Source: Octopus vulgaris
Taxonomy: Eukaryota
DNA: 64,000 nucleotides
Direction: 5' to 3'
NCBI GenBank assembly: GCA_951406725.2
Contig: OX597815.1
Span: forward strand, 150,412,001 to 150,476,000
The notes under the pieces were generated by a model. It saw only the letters and a program-made list of their open reading frames with translations, was not told the DNA's origin and did no database searches. The position numbers were made by a program, and so were the translations under genes. Each line of letters begins with the position of its first letter. The stretch's first letter is position 1. Positions 52,340-64,000 of the stretch are shown one piece after another.

Positions 52340-52880
52340 ATACTAAGTAATTAAGGGTTTAGCAACGATTTGCCTCACCACACACCGAGTTTAGAAATAG
52401 CAGTCAAAGAGTTATAGCTATTCTTTCTACTAAAAGGGAGATCTCAGTAAAACCACAGCACTTAGAAGGCAGACGCAGGCAAGAGAGAAAGAAATGACGA
52501 CAATCATGCAATATTAAGTCACCTACGGACGTACGTTTCGAAATTAAGTTTTAGGAAAGCATAAGAATTAGATAATTATGTCTTACCCAACTTTTTTTCT
52601 CATCAGCGTAGGACACTACAATTATGAATAAATGTATATTAAATTTGGAGATACTAGAAGACATCACCTCAACTCCTAGTATCAGAGCGAGCTAAAGCAG
52701 TTACCAGTATCACCAAATTCAAAGTGTGAATGAAAGTTTGTGTCACCAACCCCCTCCCACCAGCGTGCTGTCAGGACAAGATGTTGTGGTCATTTACTGG
52801 GATGAAATATGGTTATCAGTAATAATATAGGGTGAAACTATTTATGATTATTCCAATTAATGATTATTCCAAATTAATTG
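52337..52880 (-). mobile_element. Diverged monomeric copy of the 586-bp hammerhead element
   Basis: Collinear reverse-complement homology to 46310-46825; same 3' end abutting (TA)n. Confidence 0.85.
52522..52612 (-). ncRNA. Type I hammerhead ribozyme motif
   Basis: Minus strand: CCUACG-CUGAUGA-GAAA...UUUC-GAAAC-GUAC-GUC-CGUAGG. Confidence 0.8.
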
Positions 52881-53000
52881 CGAGGATGATCCAGTTCTTG
52901 ACTGAAGATTGAAGGCTTCAAATGTCCCGTCCGTGTTTTTTGTATCGTCTTCTAAATGTTTTGCGTTCTTGTCCCAGTTTGTATTTATTACATACACACA

Positions 53001-53105
<105 letters not shown>

Positions 53106-53376
53106 AGATTCACTTGTATAAGGTACTTAAAGTTGAGGCACCTAATTAGGTCGGAATAAAATTGCACTCACTACAATTATAGATGAATACCGATCTTGGT
53201 GCAGATTACTAGCAGAATGATATTCGAGAGATGTATACTATTAATTGGACCCAATTGAATATATAATCCGCTCTCGAGCTATTCAGACACGTATATTTTA
53301 ATAAGATATACAGTCCATGATATACTTCGGAATATGCCAGGAGCTTGTTCCGATATAGGTTAATTACAAATAAATA

Positions 53377-53744
53377 ACAGGTGTTATTTCTCTATAGCTG
53401 TTTCTAACGAATTTTGTAATTGATCAATGTGTATATTATATGATTATAAAAAACTGTTTTCTTGAGATAAATACGTAAATTTTACAATCAAGGGCATTTA
53501 AAATAATTTAAATGCAACGGCTCATACATATTTAGTGATTCTACGACTGGTTCTTGCCGTTGAATCTATGTCATAAGTCAGTGGTAGAATCACTAAATAT
53601 CTATGTGCCGTGGACTTTAAATTATTTTAAATGTCCTTGATCGTGAAATTCATGTATTTATTTCAAGAAAACGGCTTTTTATAATGATATAATGTAATCA
53701 ATTAAAACATTCGTTAGAAGTAGCTGTAAAGAATTGATACCTGT
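53377..53744. repeat. Old imperfect palindrome (~170-bp arms), MITE/fold-back-like
   Basis: 53377-53549 pairs with 53579-53744. Confidence 0.75.
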
Positions 53745-53749
53745 CCATC

Positions 53750-54350
53750 AATTGTTACGAATGGCGGTTGAACGCATACCCAGACAGCTGTTTTATGATT
53801 AGATTGCAGACAGGGAACGCTATCGGCGTAAACCTACAAAGGAGACGGTGTAAGGACTACTATGAAGTGACTTGGAATGGATCCAAAGGACAGAGACACC
53901 CTTGCTTCTGATCAAGTTGCATGGCGAAAAAAAGATTGAAGTGGTGTGAAAGCGTTTGAAGAGGCTAGGATAACGCATGCAAGACTCAAATATTTAAGGA
54001 AGAATGTTACGATAGAGAAAGTGAATCACAATGACCTTTTTGTGTGCACAGTTTGTGACAGAGCATGCCTTTCTCCTGCTGGGCTCAAATCTCATTTGTA
54101 AACCCATGGAAAACGAACCACCACCAACTATTCTGCCGATATGTCTGTGCACACATTTGAAGGCAGTGTATGCCAAAAGGTTTGCATATCTAACGGAGGC
54201 CTCAAAAGACCTTTTAAGACCCACAAAGATCAGAATTTATCTACAGCCCTTGGTGGTTCAAATCGGATGTGCAATCTATATGGGTGTCTTTTCAGAACGT
54301 TGTCTGGTTTAAAAAGCCACATCTAGGGCCATGATGGTTCTAAGGTGTAG
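53750..54350 (+). pseudogene. RTE-like LINE 3' remnant with tandem degenerate C2H2 zinc fingers
   Basis: RMAVERIPRQLFY motif, then CTVCDRACLSPAGLKSHL, VCQKVCISNGGLKRP, CNLYGCLFRTLSGLKSHI. Confidence 0.65.
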
Positions 54351-54390
54351 GTACATGAGGTGGTCAAACTCTGCATAAGGAGTAGACAAC

Positions 54391-54447
<57 letters not shown>

Positions 54448-54449
<2 letters not shown>

Positions 54450-54547
54450 AGTTTGAAAATGGAGAGATTTATTGGATACAAATTAATGAATGAATTAATT
54501 AGTTCATTCATCAATCTGTATCCATTAGATCTCCGTTTTCAAACTTA
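54448..54547. repeat. 100-bp palindrome related to the left arm of the 34826 element
   Basis: GAGAGAT.TA.TGGATACAAATTAAT shared with 34838-34865; self-complementary. Confidence 0.75.
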
Positions 54548-54991
54548 ATGATAATATTTGATATTTTATACAATATATTTGTTGAAGAAATATCTCTTCA
54601 AAGTACAATATATTAAACCAATGTAACTCGATTAAAATTCTTCCCATAAGAAGTGTAAATATCCTCATACTGATTTTATATATATCTATTATATCATATT
54701 AAACTTTTTAATCCTTTTTGATAGTTAAAAAAAATATAAATTAAAAATTTTAATTTAAATAATTTAAATTTTAAATTTTATATTTTATATATTTTGTATA
54801 TTATATTAATTATATTTATTTTTATGTCTTGGTTTGTTTTTCACTGTTTGATTTGCATAATAGTGATTTTATCTCTAATTTAATTTAAATATATACATAC
54901 AAGTATATACATATAGATAGTCATATATATATATACATATACATATATACATATAGATAGTTATATATATATATGTGTGTGTGTGTGTGTA

Positions 54992-55045
<54 letters not shown>

Positions 55046-55729
55046 ACATGTGGACTGTTCATCATTTTTTCCTCCGTCTTTCTTGTTTCTCTTGGGATTT
55101 GCTCTTTCTTCTACTTTTGAACAAGGGCTATGCATGCTTGGAACGTAAAGCGCCCTTTCATTCTCTCTCTGAGAGAATATTTCATATTAATATTTTGCAT
55201 GTACCACGACCTCGAGTCGTTGTTCTTCTTGTCTTTTTCTCTTTTTATTTTATTTTATATATATACATGATAGATATGTGTGCATATGTATGCATATATG
55301 TGTTAAATATATAAATGCATATATGTTATATACAGTGTCATATTGAACTTGAATCGTTTATATTAAAAGCCGATGCAAGTTTTCTTATCAATCCCGTATG
55401 TTTAGCTTCGAACAGTATCGGTGGTTGCAAAACCATTCGCAAGTAACATTTCTGCCTTGTAATAAGAATGAAATGCTTGCAGTATTGACGTGTTGCTCAC
55501 GAGCCTAACATTATGATGCAAACTATTATGGGAATACTGTTATAACTGATAAAATGCTGAACATCGGATTTATGTTTTCTTTCAGATCATGAATGTCTCG
55601 AAACGTTAATGGATGAATTGACTTGGGAAGGGTATTTTTCTAACCAAAACATGATGGAGAATATGCATAACCCTTTAAACAATTTTTTCCTTATATCACG
55701 TAAAACATGTAAATAGACGTATGCTTTTG

Positions 55730-55990
55730 TTGTTTGTTCCTTCTCGAGCCATGCCTTTCTCATAAAGGCTGGTTTCCCGGTTTCATTGGCGTATAATTTC
55801 CTCACTTGGACGGAACGCCGGTCCGCCGCCGGTGAGCTGCTAGGAAAGAGTGAGAGAAAGTTGTGGCGAAAAAGAAGTTCGCCATTACCTTCTGCTGGGG
55901 CCAAGTGGAGCTAAGGTGTTTTGCTCATAAACAGACATATCGCCCAGATTCGAACCCACGAGTCCGCTGCTCTTACCACTAGGCCATGGG
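55730..55990 (-). mobile_element. tRNA-derived SINE, family B
   Basis: Reverse-complement homologue of 31110-31405. Confidence 0.75.
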
Positions 55991-57214
55991 CCTCCAGAAA
56001 TATAGAGAATTACTATGGTTGGAGTAAGCTCGCCCATAGCAACCAAAATCTTTTCGAAACGGCCGTAAGGTTTTATACATATATTTTATACGTTTTAGAT
56101 TCCTTATGAATCATTTTACATTCGCTCTTTATCTTCCTCTTCATTGATTAAAATTCGAACATTTGGACTTCGCAAATACATTTATGGACTTATATTTTTA
56201 TATATTTATATTTATGAACTTTTATGTGTATATAAATCTTTATGTGTCTATGAATGTTTATATATTTATAAACTTTCGTGTATTTGTGTGTATTCATAAA
56301 TTCTTGGAATTTTTTTATATATCATATTGATGAATGCGTCGATGTATGTACCTTGTATACCATGGAGAATTTCGTTAATATGGATTGAACGAATATACAT
56401 CGACCTTTGAATTTTTCTTCTCTCCTTCTTAATTATATGTGTGAGTGTGTGTGTGTGAGTGTGTGTGTGCGTGAGTGTGCGTTTAGTTAAAGGATGTGTG
56501 TATATACGCAAAGTCATTGAACATAAAATGAAAAGCTCACTAGGAGTGAAGTGTAAGATATTTTAATTAAATTTATTGTCTTTGATTTCGAATTTTCACC
56601 AGCACTACGCTCTATCAGGCAATCTGACAACTCCTGGAAAAACTGCGAAGTCACCATAATCAAATTATTAAATATATCTATGTGTGTGTCCTAAATGTGA
56701 ATGTATATCTTTATGTTTAAAACAAACAAACTACGTATTAAATTTACGTATTAAAAGAAAAGTAATATAATTTGCTATGCAAGATGTATTCTAATGCAAT
56801 TTTGGCAGTTGTTAAAGATATTCATTGTGCTATCGTATTGGAAGTATATCTATTTGGGCTGATCAAGGGCATAGCATCTCGAAAGAATTTGAATACTGTA
56901 TGTAACAAAAATAAATGTCAAGACTCTAACTTGATATGTGATATATCAGCGAAGAATAATCCAAACTCTCAGTTGTACAGTGACCCACTGCTTGTTATTA
57001 TCTTCTATTTTAAATTTTAAATAGTAGTTGTCATTAACAACGTTTATATACATTTTGAAAATCTGGTACCATGATGTGTGGTACTATTTCAGAAAATGTA
57101 GGAACGTTGACCGAATTAATATTTGAATGGACAAAGTTTGTTAGCCAGTGTTGTTGCTTCGTGTACAATTTTGTGAGAATTACATTCGCTGTTTAATTTT
57201 TTCCTTTGTTCACG

Positions 57215-57371
57215 TCTTTCAGTCATTTGACTACGGCCATGCTGGAGCACCGACTTTTAGTCGAACAAATCGATCCCAGGTCTTATCTTTTGTAAGCCCA
57301 GTACTTGTGTTATCGCCTTTCTTTGGCCGAACCGCTAAGTTACATACCAACACACCAACATCAGTTGTTAA

Positions 57372-57410
<39 letters not shown>

Positions 57411-57495
57411 GACGGGCTTCTTTCAGTTTCCGTCTACCAAATCCACTCAAAAGGCTTTGGTCGACACGAGGTTATAATAGAAGACACTTGCCCCA
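57215..57495 (-). mobile_element. SINE family A, truncated
   Basis: Tail and body present. Confidence 0.75.
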
Positions 57496-57679
57496 CCGCC
57501 ACACTGCGCTTAATATAAAATATATTTTTAACGCTATTAAAGCTCTATTCATTGTTCTAACCTCGTCTCTGTTTTCATATGAATTTAGCACAAACATACT
57601 ACATCTTTCTAATCAGTTACAATTTCAGGAAATTTGTAAGTTACCTCCCTTACTTTCTTTAGTAATCTGTTGGAATATT

Positions 57680-58410
57680 AAGGCGGCGAGCTGGCAGAAA
57701 CATTAGCATACCGTGCTAAATGCTTAGCGCTGGTCTGTCTTTATACTCTGAGTTCAAATTCCGCCGAAGTCGACTTTGCCTTTCATTATTTTGGGGTCGA
57801 TAAATAAAGTACCAATTGTGTACTGGGTCGATCTAATCGACTGGCCCCCTCCCCAAAAATTTCGAGCCTTGTACCTAGAGTAGAAAATGTCGGAATATTA
57901 CGCACTACTGCTGTTATACAATCTATTTCAAAATTTTTTCTCAGAAAGTTTATCAGTATTAATTAATTAATTTCTTATTTAACGGTATCCACACTAACTC
58001 CTGACATACGATCATCAATATCATTGACTCCCTTTAAGGCATTTCGTCTTTCCTTACGTTCGGAGTTCAGATTTCGCCAAGGTCGATTTTGCCTTTCATC
58101 ATTTCGGGGTCGATAAAATAAGTACCAGTTGAATATTGGGGTCGATGTAATCGTCTTACACCTCCCACATTCTCTAAGAATGTGAAACCAATATCATTGT
58201 CTTCCTTTGAGCTAGCAGAATCGTTAGCACCCGGACACAATTCTGAGCGGTATTTCGTCCGGCTTTACGCTTTGGGTTGAATCTCCATTGAGGTTAACTT
58301 TGCATTCATCTTTTCGGAGTCGATAAAATAGGTAACAGTTAACCAAGGGGGTCGATATAACCGTCATATCCCCTCCCATAAAACTGCTGGTATTGTGCAC
58401 AAATTTGAAA
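57680..58410 (+). mobile_element. Three clustered SINE family C copies (57680-57890, 58040-58165, 58209-58410)
   Basis: Recurrent GGTCGACTTTGCCTTTCAT..TTCGGGGTCGATAAA..AAGTACCA. Confidence 0.8.
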
Positions 58411-58439
58411 ACAAGATAACTGACACCCTTTTCTTTTTT

Positions 58440-58830
58440 TATTTTAGTCATTTGACTGTGGCCATGCTGGAGCACCGCCTTTAGTGGAGCAAATCGACTC
58501 CAGGACTTATTCTTTCTAAGCCTAGTGCTTGTTCTATCAATATTTTGCTAAAACGCTAAGTTACGGGGATGGAAGCACACCAACATCGGATGTCAAGCGA
58601 TGGTGGGGGGACAAACATAGACACACAAACATATACACACACATACATGTATATATATACATACATACGACAGGCTTCTTTCAGTTCCCGTCAACCAAAT
58701 CCACTCACAAGGGTTTGCCCGGCCCGAGGGTAAAGTTGAAGACATTAGCGCAAGGCGCCACGCAGTGGGGCTGAACCTGGAGCCATTGTGGTTGGTAAGC
58801 AAGCTACTTACCTCACAGCCACTCCTGCGC
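58440..58830 (-). mobile_element. SINE family A, full length
   Basis: Reverse complement of the family A consensus. Confidence 0.85.
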
Positions 58831-59446
58831 GTGACCAGGAAATGCTAATAGCAACTCACAAATTCGACTTTGTGTTATGCTAGTCTAAACACATCATCAT
58901 GTTAATGCAGTTGTACTTCCTACTGGTTTTACCTTGTATTATTTCTCTTAAAGCTAATTCATAAAATATTTTAACCGTATGTATTCTGTAATAATAAATT
59001 TCTTGTTTGCAACTTTATTTCCTTTATTTTATTACAACTTAGACACCTGCTGTGTCAACTTCGAAGTACGCAACATCTTCCAAATAATCTATTATTTTAA
59101 GTGCGTGTATATAGTTTTGCATGTATGTGTACGTGTGTGTCTGTCTGTGATTTTGTGCACGTATGTTCTCTTTCATTTTAAAAATTTAGAATAAATTTTA
59201 CCGCCTACCTAGTCGGTAGCAAAGGTATATGTTTGTATGTATCAATGTATCTATGTCTGCGTGTATGTATGTATGTCATTATTCAGTTTATTTCAAGATT
59301 TCTTGCCAATAAAGAAAGAATCGGTTTCTAAACTAGATCCATGGTTCCTTCATTGGATTTCCAACATCAGCAACAGGGTATTTTTGTTTATATGCTTGTA
59401 TGTATGTATGTATGTATGTATGTATGTATATATGTATGTATGTGTG

Positions 59447-59480
<34 letters not shown>

Positions 59481-59816
59481 TGTATGTATGTATGTATGTA
59501 TGTATGAATGTATGTAAGTCCCTATTCAGGGGAGGGTGATGGGGGAGAGGGGAGAGAGAGGGGGAGAGATAGATAGATAATTTTCATTATTAGCTACACA
59601 GGGCCGAACATAGGGGTCAGATATATAACTTTCTTTATTGGCCACACAGGGCTGAACAATGAGGGAACAAATACAAACATAGAGCTTTTCTTTTCGAAAA
59701 TGAAAACGAAAAAGGAAAAAAATGAGAACAAATGTAAAATTTCGATCAAAAGGGATCGGAAAAAAAGCGATCAAAAGGGATCGTGTAGGGATCAGATAGA
59801 TAGAAAGGTAGGTAGG

Positions 59817-59906
<90 letters not shown>

Positions 59907-59907
<1 letters not shown>

Positions 59908-62900
59908 GGCCATACAGGGTTGAACACAGAGGGGGAAAATACAAATGTAGAGCTTTTCTTTTCGAAAATGAAAAAGAAAAGGGGGAAAATGAGAAAAAAA
60001 GTAAAATTCCATTCAAAAGGGATCGGGAAAAAAATAAAAATAAAAATAAAAATAAAAAATAAAATCTAAAAAACGGTCAAAAGGGATCGTGTTTCACAGA
60101 AGAAGTTTTAAAATGTAAGCAAGATTAGATTTATCCGTGGAAAGAAAAGCCTACGGAACAGACCACGGAATAAACACATGAGATCAAAGTACTCTCTCCC
60201 TTTTTTCGATTTACAGGATCATGCTCAAAGTAGTTTCGTCACTCGGACGCACCATCTTTGCTATATTCACCCACCGTTTTTTGAAACTTTCACGAGACAA
60301 AACCTGCTTCTCCAATCTCATCTTCCTTTTCAAGTGGTACTTGAAAAAGTTGATGAGCGAGTGGACAGAGAGGTAGTATTTGTCTGTAATCCTTTCGCTC
60401 GGGTCCACCACACACATTCTTTCACCATGGCCACCAGTTCGTTGAAAACTGCCTTGCCTTCCCGGTTGGGAGAAGGGGGCGGAGCAATCTTCACGATAGA
60501 CTCGGCCCACACGTGACAGCAGCCGTTTGGCATAAGCCCACAGGTCTGAAATGGTTAGACATTGCACGTGTGCGTGCAGAACGGTTTTGTCGCTCTGACC
60601 GTATCTCGGGCAAGTCGGTCCTGTGTGTCTCGAACCGTCCCTGTAGAGCTTATCCCGAACAGGTAATGCTTCTCGGTAGCACTGCCAGGCCAGGGATCTT
60701 TGGCGATTGTCCATAGGTCCCGGCCCGAAAGTTGTCCTGAACAGGCGGGTCAGGTGTTCCTCGTCGACGCCCAGATTCTGCCCGAGAACGTCGTCGCACC
60801 TCCCCTCCACTAATCCTCTATAGAACGCCTTTGTTGTAATGAAGTCGCACAAGTTTGGTCCCGGACGGCAGAGTTGCTTGAGAGCAACGCGACACTCGCG
60901 GTGCCATTCGCCTAGCCTCGGTCTCTGTTTGATCCACGACTGTAGTTCGGCCAAGAAGACGAGCTGCGGGAAAGCGCGTCGCACAAAAGGCGACCACACC
61001 TGTACCCGCCGTCTATGAAGCCCCGGAGATGTCGCAGTCTCAGCACATGTCTGCGCATCATCAACCACGGCATGCCTAGACCTCCATTTAGCGGGTGTTG
61101 ACAGCAAACGGATCGCCTAACCATCGGAACGCTTCCCTTCCACAGGCAGCAGAAGAGTATGCTTTCCAGTTTGATGACGGAAGGGTCGGGACAAGGTACG
61201 ACGGTCAGACGGTACTCGATGAGAGATGCGATGTACGTGTTCGCCACCTCCACCCGACCTTTTAGAGATAGCTTACCCATTGCTGGGTAAGAGTGGCCAC
61301 CCTAGTTGTTATTTCGCCCAAGTTCTTCTCCATTTGGAGGTCCGAACCGAACCAGACTCCGAGCAATTTAATCGGTCTGTCGGTCCAGTGTCCCACGATG
61401 GAGACGCTGTTGGATGCCATGGGCTTGCTTCTCCAGGTGCCGAGTCGCAAGCCCACTGCCTTTTCCCGGTTAATTTTTGCTACCGTTACCGCTTTGTATT
61501 CTTTTAGCGTTTCACCGACCAGGTCGATGTGCTTGTGGCTCGACACTATGACGGTGACGTCGTCCGCTTATGCAGACACGCTCCTGCCGCATCCCAGCTA
61601 TCGTGGGATGCCCCTCGGCGTCGCCAGTTTCCACAGTAGTGGCTTAAGAGTCAATACATACAGAAGCGATGAGAGGGGGCATCCTTGACGAACCGAACGC
61701 AAGATGTTAAAAGTCTGGATAGATGACAATTTACACGAACTACCGAGTGGATTCCGTTGTATAAGGCAGCGATCCAACTGCGGAAGACGAGACCGAAACC
61801 AGCCGCTTTAAGGACAGCCTCCCTATCGAAAGCTTTTGATTGATCCAAATTGATCAGCGTCCCACTCATGCCAGGATCCTTAACTACCCTGTCTATGATG
61901 TAGCGCATCAGATGAAGGTTGTCATGGATATTCCTACCCGGTACGGCGCACGTTTGCGCCTTGTCGACTAGTTTCTCGATGACAAGCGCCAACCTCTCGG
62001 CTAACACCATGACCGAAATTATCTATGACGTCCCCCTTGTTTGGTTCCTTTCTTAACAGTGCCACTGCTCCTCGCTTTACAAAGGCGAGGATACTCCCGT
62101 TTTGCTGCCAGTTGCAGTAGACCGCTGCCAAGACGCCTCCAAACAAGTCTGACATATGACAATAAAGTTCGTAGGGCAGACCATCCAAGCCTGGTGACTT
62201 GTCTCTCGCGCAGCCTGCCATCGCATCCCGTACGTCGGCGGCTGTGATGGGTTTTTCACAACACTCCGCTTCTCTTGCTGAGAGTCGTGGCAGGGCTTGC
62301 AAGTAGGCACTAAAGTCCACTCTGCGTTCTGACCCACCACTTGTCCCAAACAGTTTGGTAAAATGTTGTTGAAAAGCCTCACACATCCTTTCAGGCACGA
62401 GTAATTTGCGCCCCTGTTCATCTGTAAGTGACCTGATGGTGGCTCTGTTGCCTCGTTGCGTCTCCAGCACTCAGGCCCCTCGCATCCTAGCTCTGACAAT
62501 GCATCCTTCGTGTTTGGCGTTGAGGTGTTGGTCGAGGGCCAACCTCGCTGCCAGTACGTTGGACGCGATGCCAGTTCTAAGTGCCTATTCGAAATTCTTA
62601 ACTAAGTCTCCCTCTATTTTATTTCGGTCTAATGCTAGAGCCTTACTGTACCTGGCCGATTCTGCTTTAATTGCTTTCTTTAGAGCATACCCCATCTGTT
62701 GTTAATGATGGCACCCGTCAATGCTCTCTTAACTAATGTGCTAATCCGGTCCCTGTAAGCCTGTCGTTCCGTGAAAGACGGGTTCACCTTCCAGTAACTA
62801 GGACCCTGTCTATGTATCTATCTAAGTCAAGTGTACAAGTCACAAATTTGTGGTCTGTGTAGCTGACTATATGGAATTGTGGACAACCTACACTACCTTT

Positions 62901-63540
62901 ATCTACTGTCCTACAGAATACTCTACCTAAGTACGATCTGGACGACCCGATGCGGTTGCTCCATGTCCACATTGACACATTCGGGTGGTCCAGTCGGTAC
63001 CTGTCAGACAGTTGGAAACGTCTGAGCAGGTCTTTGAGGCATTTGCATCCCTCCTATTACTATCTCTGCCCACGTAGTCTAGATGCGTGTCAAGGGTAGC
63101 GTTCCAATCCCCCACTAAAAGTAAAGGTCGAGACGTTCCCAGGAAAACCTCTAGACGTCGAAAGAAATCTAGCCGGCCTGTTGAGGACGGTGCATAAACT
63201 GTTATCAGTCGAAATGCACACTCATTGCTGCCATCGACACCCAAGACGACCAGCTTATCAAGGAAAATTGCTCTTACGTTGAGGGCCAGACTCTTCCGGA
63301 TAAGCACTACGGTGCCACCTCCGCCCATTCTCGATAGACACGAAGAAAAATAAATGTCGAAATGTGTGCCGAACATGTGCTGGAGTGCCCGCGAGCTGTG
63401 GAATCTGGTCTCACAGATGGCTATGATATGCAGATTTTCTGAGTTGATGTCGTTTAACAGGTAGCCTTGTTTCCAAGCCGACCCCAAACCACGTACATTT
63501 ATACTGCTCATTTTGAGCATGTTCCTATCGAAAAGATGAA

Positions 63541-63581
<41 letters not shown>

Positions 63582-64000
63582 CTTACTGCCCGAAAGTTCT
63601 TTTCCCAGTCTTTTCCCAGAAGGTTTTTATACAGTTTTTTGGACAAATAGTTTTGAAATCTCCCAACTGCATCAGGGTAGAGAGATTTCAAGGTGCTGTG
63701 TATGTTCTGTGTTATGTGTATGATTTTAATGTGTTACGGTGGTGTTGTGCGTGGGTGATTCTTTGTTTTGGATCATTTTCGGTTATGCTGATGTTTGACC
63801 TAATGTATTCCATTAGGTCGGGGTTGTTGGTGTTTATGGCTATCAACATTGTTGGGGGGTTTGGTGATAGTGTGTTTGTGTTGATGTGTTTGTTTTCTGC
63901 GGATGTTTTAGTTTCGGGCGTGGTAAACCTCCCTGCTTTGATTGTCTGCTTCTCTATTCTTTTTTACCCCTTTTTCTCCTTCCCCCTGTGGCTATTTGCC
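59907..64000 (-). mobile_element. Tx1/L1-type LINE with multiple frameshifts, running off the window
   Basis: APE domain (SINVRGL, ICETR, VYAP, VGDWN, SYTDH), RT (SPGLDGLPYELY, PGRNIHDN, LDQSKAFDR, RQGCPLSPLLY, AYADDV), C-terminal REALPVRDKL..CPR. Confidence 0.9.
60211..63520 (-). pseudogene. Tx1-type ORF2 (APE endonuclease, RT, C-terminal domain), fragmented
   Basis: Collinear ORF pieces 62927..63691, 61934..62470, 61651..62010, 61262..61546, 60912..61280, 60211..61107, 60330..60533. Confidence 0.88.

Noticed and set aside
52900-52932. CUGAAGA-UUGAAG-G-CUUCAA hammerhead-like motif
   Set aside because: Core incomplete; cannot be supported from this copy alone

Overview
AT-rich, repeat-saturated eukaryotic DNA (intergenic or intronic). 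The SINE families look like those of octopus/cephalopod genomes; this is recalled, not checked. No host gene could be called with confidence, and most ORFs in the track are microsatellite artefacts. Recognisable coding sequence all comes from transposons. It includes a near-intact R4/Dong-type RLE retrotransposon inserted in a (TAA)n tract (21113-25761, one frameshift), 5'-truncated CR1-group LINEs (one nested in a decayed Helitron), a frameshifted Tx1/L1-type LINE at the right end, and Penelope-like, RTE-like, mariner and Tc1 remnants. At least four SINE families are present. The main hidden signal is non-coding. About a dozen type I hammerhead-ribozyme motifs (seven with intact or near-intact cores) lie in short, microsatellite-flanked, often fold-back elements. 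One is a 586-bp tandem unit carrying two hammerheads, which has the architecture of a retrozyme or Penelope pseudo-LTR able to release a unit-length RNA. Also visible are a 3' stem-loop shared by the SINE and LINE tails with compensatory changes, and stacked Tx1 3' ends at (GATA)n. All ribozyme folds were paired by eye; no activity is demonstrated.
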